This document shows, piece after piece, positions 1 through 8,120 of a DNA stretch of 61,276 nt. The position numbers and the translations under genes were made by a program. The DNA is taken from positions 1-61,276 of the forward strand of contig JAJZLH010000019.1 in the NCBI GenBank assembly GCA_021803575.1, read 5' to 3'. The notes beneath the pieces are model-generated. The model was not told the origin of the DNA. It ran no database searches and saw only the letters and a program-made list of their open reading frames with translations. Positions within the stretch are counted from its first letter, which is position 1, and the number at the start of each line of letters is the position of its first letter. This stretch comes from Bacillota bacterium. GTDB lineage: Bacteria > Bacillota > Sulfobacillia > JAJZYS01 > JAJZLH01.

Positions 1-248
1 TCGGCTTTGGCCGCCTGCTGTCAGACGGCGTCTACCAGTGCTTCGTCTGCGACATGATCGTGCTGCCAGACGCCCAGGGCCAAGGCATCGGCCAGGCGAT
101 CCTAGAGCGCCTCGTGGCGCACGCCCATGACTCCGGCATCAAGTGGCTGCAACTCACATGCGCTCTCGGCAAACAGGGCTTCTACACGAAGTCGGGCTTC
201 TCTCCCAGGCCAGAGGGTGCACCCGGCATGGAGCGCTGGCTCGCCTGA
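1..248 (+). CDS. GNAT family N-acetyltransferase (5'-truncated by window edge)
   Basis: Frame is open from base 3 (GFGRLLSDGVYQCFVCDMIVLP...). Acetyl-CoA motif QGQGIG and C-terminal GFYTKSGF. Confidence 0.85.
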   Translation, partial: GFGRLLSDGVYQCFVCDMIVLPDAQGQGIGQAILERLVAHAHDSGIKWLQLTCALGKQGFYTKSGFSPRPEGAPGMERWLA

Positions 249-449
249 CGCCCGTCTGGCCATCCCAGCCGGGCGCTCTGGCGTCTCAGTTGAGCTTCGC
301 CTGCCCGCCGCCTGCCAACCGGCGTGCGGCCGGGCGGGGCCTCCACTCCCTCTTGCTCCTGGTCTAGCTTGCGAGACTTGGCCCGGCGGTGACCGGCGGC
401 TAAAGAGCGTGCCTCCGGGGCCGTGTTGACACCCTGGCGGGAGCCGCTC

Positions 450-869
450 TCAGGCGTCGTGCCAGGGGTCGATCACCTTGATGGCGGTGCCCTCGAAGTC
501 CTTCCCGTTGCGGGTCGCCAACTGAGCGTTATGGGCCCGGCAGATGGCGGCAATCTGGGCGTCCATGGCATCGGTCGCCAGCCCCTGTCGCTCCCGGCTG
601 ACCACCACCGACGAATAGCACCGTGCCGCCTCGCCGTCAAAGGGAAGCACATAGCCCGGGAAGGCGGCGAACACCTCCTCGGCTGTCATACGCAGAAGCT
701 CCTTGCGTTCTCCGTCAGGCAACCGCTCGATGCCGCATAGAATCTCTGCCAGGGTGATGGAGGTCGTGTATAGCTCGCCGGCGGCGCCAGCCAGAGCCCA
801 GCGCCTGACCGCGGCGGAGGGGTCTCGTTTCATGAGCTCCGACACGACATTGGTATCGACGACGGTCAC
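450..869 (-). CDS. vapC: PIN-domain toxin, VapC/FitB family
   Basis: VVDTNVVSE, MDAQIAAI and LATRNGKDF PIN motifs. Overlaps the antitoxin stop by 4 nt. Confidence 0.95.
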   Translation of the reverse strand: MTVVDTNVVSELMKRDPSAAVRRWALAGAAGELYTTSITLAEILCGIERLPDGERKELLRMTAEEVFAAFPGYVLPFDGEAARCYSSVVVSRERQGLATDAMDAQIAAICRAHNAQLATRNGKDFEGTAIKVIDPWHDA

Positions 870-1111
870 TGTGAGAAGTCCGCCGGGCGCGCCGGCCTTG
901 ACCGCATGGGGAGCTCGAGTTCCACTCCGCCGATGGCGCTGAAGCGATCCGCCAAGGCGGTCAGCAGACTACTCGACTCCGCTGGCTCGCTGACGGCCTG
1001 CGTCAGAATGGCCCGAATTTCGGCCTCCACCGACCTCCCATGTGCCGCAGCCAGAATCCGCAGGCGGCTCCTGACGCCATCGTCCAGATTCCGGATGCTC
1101 ACTGCAGCCAT
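866..1111 (-). CDS. FitA/StbC-like ribbon-helix-helix antitoxin
   Basis: MAAVSIRNLDD..LRILAAAHGRSVEAEIRAIL is the FitA-type RHH pattern. AGGAGGTG Shine-Dalgarno precedes ATG 1111. Confidence 0.9.
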   Translation of the reverse strand: MAAVSIRNLDDGVRSRLRILAAAHGRSVEAEIRAILTQAVSEPAESSSLLTALADRFSAIGGVELELPMRSRPARPADFSQ

Positions 1112-1124
1112 CCGCTCACCTCCT

Positions 1125-1145
1125 TGTGATATCAATGCTATCACA
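1125..1145. promoter_or_regulatory. Inverted-repeat operator of the TA operon, overlapping an extended -10
   Basis: TGTGATA-N7-TATCACA perfect inverted repeat containing TGCTATCA. The minus strand reads TG-a-TAGCAT. Confidence 0.7.
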
Positions 1146-1223
1146 GAGCGGCTGGCGCCGGAATCCTAGGTCCGACTTGGCAGGACCGCCTTCGCCCCAA
1201 GTGGCAGCGGGCCTCTGGCCCCC

Positions 1224-1973
1224 TCACTCCGCAGCCCCACCGGGCAGCGGTTCGAAGGCATCCAGTGCCTCTTCAGCGCTCGGTGGGTTGAGCACGGCCT
1301 CTGCGAAATCTGCCGCACCAAGCCAGCCACTGTGGCGGATCACCTCTCTGGCCGCCCTGCGGTCGTACTGGGTGGTCATGGGGCGCACCGCCGGCCCCAG
1401 CAGCAGCCAGTGCGCTCCCGGCGCCCCGTAGGGCATGCCAACACTGCCGGCATTGAGGACGCGCTGGGCGCCGATCGTCCGCTCGAACCGCATGTGGGTG
1501 TGACCGCAGACCACGATCGCCTCTGGTACGCCGTGCAAGGCCGCAGCCAGCCGGCTTTCTGGCGTGCGCACCGTCAGCATCTCGCTGTCGCTGCGGGGTG
1601 AGCCGTGGCAAAAGTGCACCCGGCCCAGACCGACCACCTCCACCACCACGTTCTTGGGCCAGTGCGCCATGCGGTCTCTGGCCGCCCGGTCCAGGCAGCT
1701 GGCCGACCAGGTGTCCATGGCGTGACGGCTCGGATCCCGGACGCCGTCAAAGGCTTCGACCATCGCCCGCTCGCAATTTCCCTGCAGCCAGCTCACGGCG
1801 GTCGGGAGCTCCTCAAGCCGCCCGAGCGTCGCGAGCGGACACGGCCCGGAGAGGGCGTCCCCGCCGATCACGATCAGGTCCGGCTGGTGAGCCGCCAGCG
1901 CCTCCAGCACCGCCTCCAGGGCGGGCAGGTTGCCATGGATGTCGTAGAGGGCGGCGACCCGGCGAAACGGCAC
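1224..1973 (-). CDS. Calcineurin-like metallophosphoesterase (YfcE/MJ0936 type)
   Basis: DIHGN, GD, GNCE, HGSP, GHTH and NAGSVG motifs. Confidence 0.9.
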   Translation of the reverse strand: MPFRRVAALYDIHGNLPALEAVLEALAAHQPDLIVIGGDALSGPCPLATLGRLEELPTAVSWLQGNCERAMVEAFDGVRDPSRHAMDTWSASCLDRAARDRMAHWPKNVVVEVVGLGRVHFCHGSPRSDSEMLTVRTPESRLAAALHGVPEAIVVCGHTHMRFERTIGAQRVLNAGSVGMPYGAPGAHWLLLGPAVRPMTTQYDRRAAREVIRHSGWLGAADFAEAVLNPPSAEEALDAFEPLPGGAAE

Positions 1974-1993
1974 GGACTACCCTTCCGCCTCTG

Positions 1994-3025
1994 TCAGCGG
2001 TGCAGCTGGCGCGCCGTCATGTAGGTGGGGTCCTCCCTGCGCAGGAGGTCCGGGTTGGTTCGGCGCTGGTTGGCCGCACCCAGTGTGATCAGGTGCATGG
2101 CGTAGAGGCCAAGCCAGGGGAAGAGGATTTCCGCCTGGCTGTCGGTGCCCAGTCCCACCGCCTCTTTATCTACCACCTTGCCCTGGAAGCCGACCGTGCG
2201 CCGCACCAGCTCGAACTCCGCCGCCCGCCGCTCGTCGCTGCGCGGGCTGAGCAGGGCCACCACCGCCGTCCGGGGGTTGGTGAGCGGAATATAGCCGTGG
2301 AAGAAGGTTTCAAAGGGCACGGCCAGCGCTGGCAGGTAGGTCGCCTCCGCCAGCTTCAAGGAGCCCTCCTCGGCCACCGGCCACACCCCCTTGGCGGCGA
2401 GGAGGAGGGCGTGCGAGACCTCTCCCCACGCGATCCAGCCCTCAATCTCCTTCCGTCTGGCGTAGAGCGCCCTAAGGTACTCGGCCAGCCGCACCCGCTC
2501 CGGCTGGACCACCCGGCCCGAGGTGCCGCGCCGCCGGTCGCTGCTGGCCGCCACCTCCAGCGCCAGGAGGCCGAGCACCATCACACTCACGGTGTGACAC
2601 AGCGACTGGTCCTGGGTGAAGCCGCTGCCAATCACCACGTCGGCCAGGCCGGCTGCCTCCGACTCCGGGTGGCCAGTGATCAGCACCATCTGATCCCCCT
2701 GGCGCTGGCGGCGCCGCATCAGCTCGAGCACCGTCTTGGTCTCGCCGCTCTGGCTGAGCAGCACCAGGAGATCTTCGCTGGACAGGGGCACGGCCTCGGT
2801 CAGGAGGTCCCCTGCCTCGTGGCAGCCCACCGGAAAGCCCTGGGCCTCCAGCTGGGTCGCCGCCAGGTGGGCGGCGAAGTAGGAGCTGCCGCAGCCGGAC
2901 AGCACCAGCCTCCGAAATGGGCGCAGCCCCTGGTCGCGCAGCTGCGTCCTGACCCGCTCCGGCGCCGCCAGGGCCTCGACCAGGTCGGGGGTCATGCCCA
3001 GTTCCGTCTCCATCCGGCTGGCCAT
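1994..3025 (-). CDS. Double-SIS sugar-phosphate isomerase/deaminase/deglycase (GlmS isomerase domain/AgaS/FrlB-like)
   Basis: GCGSSY, SQSGET, EEGSLKLAE and C-terminal NPD motifs. No glutaminase domain. Confidence 0.85.
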   Translation of the reverse strand: MASRMETELGMTPDLVEALAAPERVRTQLRDQGLRPFRRLVLSGCGSSYFAAHLAATQLEAQGFPVGCHEAGDLLTEAVPLSSEDLLVLLSQSGETKTVLELMRRRQRQGDQMVLITGHPESEAAGLADVVIGSGFTQDQSLCHTVSVMVLGLLALEVAASSDRRRGTSGRVVQPERVRLAEYLRALYARRKEIEGWIAWGEVSHALLLAAKGVWPVAEEGSLKLAEATYLPALAVPFETFFHGYIPLTNPRTAVVALLSPRSDERRAAEFELVRRTVGFQGKVVDKEAVGLGTDSQAEILFPWLGLYAMHLITLGAANQRRTNPDLLRREDPTYMTARQLHR

Positions 3026-3027
3026 GT

Positions 3028-3435
3028 TCAGCTCTCCCCCTTCACGCTCAGGAACTTGCCATCGGCCTCAGCCAAAAGGTCTTGACCCAGGTGCAGCTGG
3101 GCCCGGGCCTCCCCGAACCGGCGGTGCAGGCGCAGCCGCTCGGCCGTGAGCCGGAGCGCCACACCGGTGGGCACCGGCCGCAGGAAGCGCACCGTCATCT
3201 CGGCGGTCATCCCCCGCCAGCCCTCTCCGGCCAGGGCGTAGAACATGGCCTCGTCGAGCAGGGCGCTGACCGCGCCGCCATGCGCCACCTGGCGCCAGCC
3301 CTGCACCAGCTCCGGCAGCACCACGCTCGCCTCGGCCCGCCCGCCCTCCACTGTAAAACGCAGACCCAGACTGATCGGGTTGTCCCGCCCGCAGACCAGA
3401 CAGCCGTGATCGTCAACCAGCGGCACCGCCGGCAC
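3028..3435 (-). CDS. PaaI/hotdog-fold thioesterase
   Basis: CLVCGRDNPISLGL and HGGAVSALLDE motifs. Start uncertain (GTG 3435 or 3426 after GGAGAGGG; the ORF track gives 3477). Confidence 0.85.
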   Translation of the reverse strand: MPAVPLVDDHGCLVCGRDNPISLGLRFTVEGGRAEASVVLPELVQGWRQVAHGGAVSALLDEAMFYALAGEGWRGMTAEMTVRFLRPVPTGVALRLTAERLRLHRRFGEARAQLHLGQDLLAEADGKFLSVKGES

Positions 3436-4480
3436 CCCCTCTCCAGAATCCGCGGTAGATGGCTGGGAAGTAGGCACGGATGAAGGCGGGGTTGGCCCGG
3501 ATCAAAGGCTCCTGACGGAAGGCGCGCAGCGCATCCATGTCCAGGTCCGCCAGCACGATCTCCTCGTCGTCGGACAGCGCCTGGGCCAGCACGCCGTCAC
3601 CCTCGGGCGTCAGCTCCATCGGCGCGTAGATGCCGCTGCGGCCGGTGAAGACCAGATCGAGGGCGCCCCCCACCATGCAGGACTGGATGCCGTAGACCGA
3701 ACTCTCCTGGACCCTGGGCCACAGGCCGCGCAGCGACTTGAAGGGGTTGCCGGAGGGATCGGGGTCGGCCACCGGCAGGCAGACCACCTCCGCACCCTGG
3801 GCGGAGAGGATGCGAAAGGTCTCGAAGTAGGTGGCGTCCATGCAGACGGGCTGGGCGAGGCGGCCAATCGGCGTCTCCAGCACGGTCAGCTCGTCGCCGG
3901 CAGCGAAGCCCCAGCCGGCCTCCATCGGCAAGAGGTGGCACTTGGCCTGCGTCCCCATCAGCTGGCCGCGCGGCCCGAATAGGTAGGCGGTGTTGTAGAC
4001 CCGGCCCTCGCGGCTCATCACCGGCATGGAGCCGGCCTGGATCAGAAGCCCGTAGTCGCGGGCCAGCCGGCTGAACACCGAGAGGTAGATACGGAGCGCC
4101 GAACTGCCCACCAGCTCCACGATCGAGGACACGCTCAGATCCGGCCCGATCCGGTTCAGCGCCTCTTCCATCGAGCCGGTGGCTGCGATCCGCTCGAAGC
4201 GGGGCAGGATGCCGAACAGCATCATGCCCACGTCCTCGGGGAAGACCACCAGCTCGGCGCCGCCGGCCGCCGCCTGCTGCACCAGCTGGGAGACGGCGCG
4301 GGCGAAGGCGGCGGCCGACGGCATAAATCGAAAGCGCATCTGCACCGCCGCCACCCGCACCACTCCGACCCGGGGCGTGGCGATGGCTCCCTTCTTTGGC
4401 CGGCCCAGGGCCCGGTGCGCCTTACCCGGCCGTGATGCCAGCCACAGGCGCAGCCGCATCAGCCAGAGGTCGAGGCTCAT
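3413..4480 (-). CDS. Carbon-nitrogen hydrolase (nitrilase/amidase superfamily), catalytic triad intact
   Basis: VAAVQ, VVFPE (Glu), QAKCHL (Lys), PVCMD (Cys). Confidence 0.9.
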   Translation of the reverse strand: MSLDLWLMRLRLWLASRPGKAHRALGRPKKGAIATPRVGVVRVAAVQMRFRFMPSAAAFARAVSQLVQQAAAGGAELVVFPEDVGMMLFGILPRFERIAATGSMEEALNRIGPDLSVSSIVELVGSSALRIYLSVFSRLARDYGLLIQAGSMPVMSREGRVYNTAYLFGPRGQLMGTQAKCHLLPMEAGWGFAAGDELTVLETPIGRLAQPVCMDATYFETFRILSAQGAEVVCLPVADPDPSGNPFKSLRGLWPRVQESSVYGIQSCMVGGALDLVFTGRSGIYAPMELTPEGDGVLAQALSDDEEIVLADLDMDALRAFRQEPLIRANPAFIRAYFPAIYRGFWRGGAGGAAG

Positions 4481-5358
4481 GTCCGGCCCTCCACCCGCGG
4501 CTGCCAGTGGCGCCGGTAGAGGTCCGGGTTGAGGTGGCGCAGCAGCGGGTAGCGGACGCGCAGGCTGCTCAGGTCGGCCGGCTCCAGCCGGGCGGCGCGG
4601 GCCTGCTGGCTGATCACGTAGCCGGCCTCGCCGAAGAAGCCGGTCTCGCCTGGCGTCAGCTCACAGGGCGCTAACACGGCCAGCTTGCCGTCCACGCCCA
4701 GGTCGAAGAAGGGGCCAATCAGGCCGCTCTCCAGACCGAACACCTGGTTCTGCTGCACCTCCTGCCACAGCCCCGCCATCGCCCGGGTGGCGCTGTAGGG
4801 GGCGATCGGGGCCAGGGGCGCCAGAAGCAGGTCCGCACCCTGCAGGGTGAGCACCCGGGCCACCTCCGGCACCCAGGGGTCGGCTCCCAAGAGCATGCCG
4901 ACGCGCAGCGGCCCCACCTGCCACACCGCCACCTCGGCGGAGGGGATCAGCTCTGCCTCCCAGGCATAGGCGTGCGTCTGCTCCTGCCAGCCCAATAGCC
5001 GTCCATCCGGGCCGAACAGGGCGGCCCGATGCGTGTAGCCGATCGGGGCTGGCAGCCAGACCGAGCCCGGCACCAGGTAGACGCCCAGCTCCCGGGCCAG
5101 TTCCTCGCCCACGGCCAGATAGGCGGCCTCCAGGTCGCCGGCCGCCAGGCGCAACCGCTCGGAAAGCCCCACCGGCAGCATCGAAAAGTCGCCTGGCAGC
5201 AGGCCCATGGCGATCAGGCCGGGAAACACCACCAACGCCTCCGGCTGAACGCCAGAGGTCGAGATCTGGGTGTGCAGATAGGCCTTTAGCTCGGGGGGGC
5301 CGGAGAAGTGGCGGAAGGGGAGGCGGAAGCCGACCACCGTCAACTCGGATGCGCTCAC
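4477..5358 (-). CDS. Carbon-nitrogen hydrolase homologue lacking the catalytic triad
   Basis: Collinear with its neighbour (VVFPG, LFGPDG..GWQEQTH, GMLLGADPW, VQQNQVFG, APCELTP), but the Glu/Lys/Cys positions are replaced. Confidence 0.8.
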   Translation of the reverse strand: MSASELTVVGFRLPFRHFSGPPELKAYLHTQISTSGVQPEALVVFPGLIAMGLLPGDFSMLPVGLSERLRLAAGDLEAAYLAVGEELARELGVYLVPGSVWLPAPIGYTHRAALFGPDGRLLGWQEQTHAYAWEAELIPSAEVAVWQVGPLRVGMLLGADPWVPEVARVLTLQGADLLLAPLAPIAPYSATRAMAGLWQEVQQNQVFGLESGLIGPFFDLGVDGKLAVLAPCELTPGETGFFGEAGYVISQQARAARLEPADLSSLRVRYPLLRHLNPDLYRRHWQPRVEGRT

Positions 5359-5427
5359 CGTCGTCCTCCTCGTCCAAGGGACCAGATCTCAGCGCTCGGT
5401 CGCACGCCCGATGAGGGGAGGCGCAGC

Positions 5428-6768
5428 TTGCTGGGGACCGCCGCCGCCACACTGCCGCCGGATGCCTTTGACTCCCTGTTCCCGCCCTCGCTCCGGCTGA
5501 TCGGCGAGGATTACCTGGGCCTTGGCCGGCTGAGTTATCTGATGGTGGCCGGCTCCCGGATCGCCGGCGCCGTAGCCGGCCATCGCCACGACTACTGGGT
5601 GGTGCTGAGCCCGAACAGTGTTCGCTGCTCGCACTGCAGCCGTCCGTGCCGGCACGGGGCTGCTCTGGCCGCGGCCTGGCGATCGGGCAACGGGGCGTTC
5701 ATAGACGTCGCCGCCCTGGTCGACCGGCTGATGGCCAGTCAAGATCCAGCCCCGCTGGTCGCCGGATTGCTTGAGGATCAGGTGCTGGACGCCCTTTTAG
5801 CCTTCACCGACCTGCCCTTCATTCCTCCTTGCGACCCAGACCAGGACTTGCTCCGGCTACCGGCGCTGGCCCCGGCCGACCAGGTGGCCGCGCTCGCTCG
5901 CCTCGTCCGCCTCTTCCCGGCTCGCCCCGCTCTCCTGGCCAGAGCCCTCAAAGAGGTCCCTGGCCTGCCGCTCACCGACCTGATCGACTTGACCCTGGCC
6001 GCGCATCAGCAGCAGGAGGAGCCAGCCGACCCCTTCGCCACCCTTCTGGCCAGCCGCCTGGACGAGACCGACCTGCCGGTCTTCCTCGGCCGCTTGCTCG
6101 CCCTCTACTATGACCGCACCTCGCGGGGGCTGGAGGTTGGGAGTCTCCTCCTCCGGGCTGGGCGCATCCTCGCCCTTCGGCCGCATGGCGACCTGGCCCT
6201 GGCCTATCTGGCTGGCCTGCCGGAGGCGCCGCTCGCTACCGCCCTGATGGCGGCCGACCTGGCGGTGCTGGCCGGCCGGCCGCGCCAGGCCCTGTCTGTG
6301 CTCGACCAGGCGCTGATCGGAGCCGGCGACAGAGAGCGCCTGGCCCTCACCGTCCGCCAGGCTGAGATCGCCCAGGCCTCCGGCAGCGCCCGGGAGGCGC
6401 CGCTCTGGCTGGCCGCGTTGGCTGAGGGCAGCCCTCAGGCGCTCGATCAGCTGGTGCGGCGCTTTCCGCGGGCGCTCCGGGCAGCTGACGGCGAACTCGC
6501 CACCCGCCTGGCCGAACGGGACCCCGACCTGGCCTGCCGCTTCGCCCTGGCCGTGAAAGATGTACCCAGAGCCGCCCAGCTCGCCCAGACGCGCGCCCTG
6601 GCCCTCACCACCCTCCGCCGCCTGGTACCGGTGGCGAAGCGTCAGGGCTACGATCCCACCTCGTTTTCCACCAGCCATCTCAGCCCCCGCCAGCGCCAGC
6701 AGTTCCGGTCCCTGCTCAGCCGCCCGCTCACACCCCGGACCAGGGCCAGGAAGAAGGTGGAGCCATGA
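5428..6768 (+). CDS. Hypothetical protein with SWIM-like zinc finger and long helical C-terminus
   Basis: VRCSHCSRPCRHGAAL resembles the SWIM Cys/His finger. TTG start follows GAGGGGAGG. Overlaps the next gene by 4 nt. Confidence 0.6.
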   Translation: MLGTAAATLPPDAFDSLFPPSLRLIGEDYLGLGRLSYLMVAGSRIAGAVAGHRHDYWVVLSPNSVRCSHCSRPCRHGAALAAAWRSGNGAFIDVAALVDRLMASQDPAPLVAGLLEDQVLDALLAFTDLPFIPPCDPDQDLLRLPALAPADQVAALARLVRLFPARPALLARALKEVPGLPLTDLIDLTLAAHQQQEEPADPFATLLASRLDETDLPVFLGRLLALYYDRTSRGLEVGSLLLRAGRILALRPHGDLALAYLAGLPEAPLATALMAADLAVLAGRPRQALSVLDQALIGAGDRERLALTVRQAEIAQASGSAREAPLWLAALAEGSPQALDQLVRRFPRALRAADGELATRLAERDPDLACRFALAVKDVPRAAQLAQTRALALTTLRRLVPVAKRQGYDPTSFSTSHLSPRQRQQFRSLLSRPLTPRTRARKKVEP

Positions 6769-7595
6769 CGGCGGATGAGCCGGAGCTGGACCAGCTCTTG
6801 GCGCCAGTGGGGAGACTCCTGGCCGAGGCCTCCCTTCTGCTGAAGAGGACCTGGCAGGCAGGCGCCAGCGTCCGGCACAAGGGCCCGGCCGACCTGGTCA
6901 CCGACGCCGACCTGGCCGTACAGCGCTTCCTGGTTCCCAGCCTGGTCGGCCTCCTGCCCGGCAGCAGCGCCCTGGCCGAAGAGGACGGTCAGGTGCCGGC
7001 CGAGCCCACCGCCCCCTGCTGGGTGATCGACCCGGTCGATGGCACCTCCAACCTGGTGCACGGCGTGCGTTATGTCGCCATCTCGGTGGCGCTGGCCGTG
7101 GGCGGCCAGCCGGTTCTGGCCTGGGTCCAGGATGTCTTCGGCGATCACCTCTACACCGCTGGGCGAGGACGCGGCGCCTGGAGAGATGGCACGCGCATCC
7201 ACTGCTCGGCCCGCACCTCCCTGGCCGACGCCATGGTCGCCTGCGGCACCCCGTATGAGAAGGAGCGGGCGGACCTGGTCTTCGCGCCACTAGCCCGGGT
7301 CTGGCTGGCCTGCCACGGCCTGCGCATGCTGGGGGCGGCGGCCCTGGAGCTGGCCGAGGTGGCGGCCGGGCAGCTCGACGCCTTTTTCGAGGCCAGCCTC
7401 AACCCCTGGGACTTCGCGGCGGGCTGGCTGTTGGTGAGCGAGTCGGGCGGCGTGATCAGCGACCTTAAGGGCGCCCCGCTCAGCCTGGCGGCCGGCAGCG
7501 TGCTGGGAGCCAGTGCCGGCCTGCACCGTGAACTCCTGACGATCCTCGCCGACGCTCCGCCGCTGCCTGGCAGGGAGGCGGGCCAGCGGGGCTGA
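6765..7595 (+). CDS. suhB: Inositol monophosphatase family protein
   Basis: DLVTDAD, AEE, WVIDPVDGTSN and PWDFAAG motifs. Confidence 0.9.
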   Translation: MTADEPELDQLLAPVGRLLAEASLLLKRTWQAGASVRHKGPADLVTDADLAVQRFLVPSLVGLLPGSSALAEEDGQVPAEPTAPCWVIDPVDGTSNLVHGVRYVAISVALAVGGQPVLAWVQDVFGDHLYTAGRGRGAWRDGTRIHCSARTSLADAMVACGTPYEKERADLVFAPLARVWLACHGLRMLGAAALELAEVAAGQLDAFFEASLNPWDFAAGWLLVSESGGVISDLKGAPLSLAAGSVLGASAGLHRELLTILADAPPLPGREAGQRG

Positions 7596-7619
7596 ACTCC
7601 AGGGGGTCTGCGATGGGGG

Positions 7620-8114
7620 GTGGACGCCATGCGCCGGGCACTTGATCGCCTGCAGGCCAGTCTGGATGCGCCGTCCTTCGCCCGCCTCCTGGCGCTCACC
7701 GATCAGGGCAGACGCTGGCCCTTCGGCCAGGACGGCGAAGAGTGTTGCGACGCGCTGTTGCTGGAGGCGGACGAGGACACGGTGGAGCTCCTCTTGCGCT
7801 GCCAGCTGATCCTGGGCGAGAGCGAGCCGGCCGCCGTCTCGCTGGACGTGTCCGAGCCGGCCGCCACCACCGAGCAGCTGCGCTACGAGTTCGACGGGGC
7901 CGGGCCGCTGGTGGACCATTTTCTCGGATCTCTGCGCCAGAACGGCCTGCCCGCCGTCGCGGTGGAGCAGGGCGGCGTGCAGGTGATCGTCAGCGTGACC
8001 AGCACCAGCTGCTACGAGGCGTTTCAGCTCCGCCAGATGGTGCAGGAGCTGCATCGGGTGTCCAAGCTGGCAGTGGGCCGGCCCGTGCGCGGCCGCCGCC
8101 TGCCGTCGGCCTGA
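7620..8114 (+). CDS. Hypothetical protein (acidic, alpha/beta)
   Basis: ORF with GC3-rich codons following suhB. No motif recognised. Confidence 0.6.
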   Translation: MDAMRRALDRLQASLDAPSFARLLALTDQGRRWPFGQDGEECCDALLLEADEDTVELLLRCQLILGESEPAAVSLDVSEPAATTEQLRYEFDGAGPLVDHFLGSLRQNGLPAVAVEQGGVQVIVSVTSTSCYEAFQLRQMVQELHRVSKLAVGRPVRGRRLPSA

Positions 8115-8120
8115 GGCCGC

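Noticed and set aside
249-449. Intergenic GC-rich stems and a TTGACA at 426-431; possible sRNA or antisense promoter to vapC
   Set aside because: No -10 at proper spacing and no recognisable RNA family. The stems are explicable as terminators of convergent genes.
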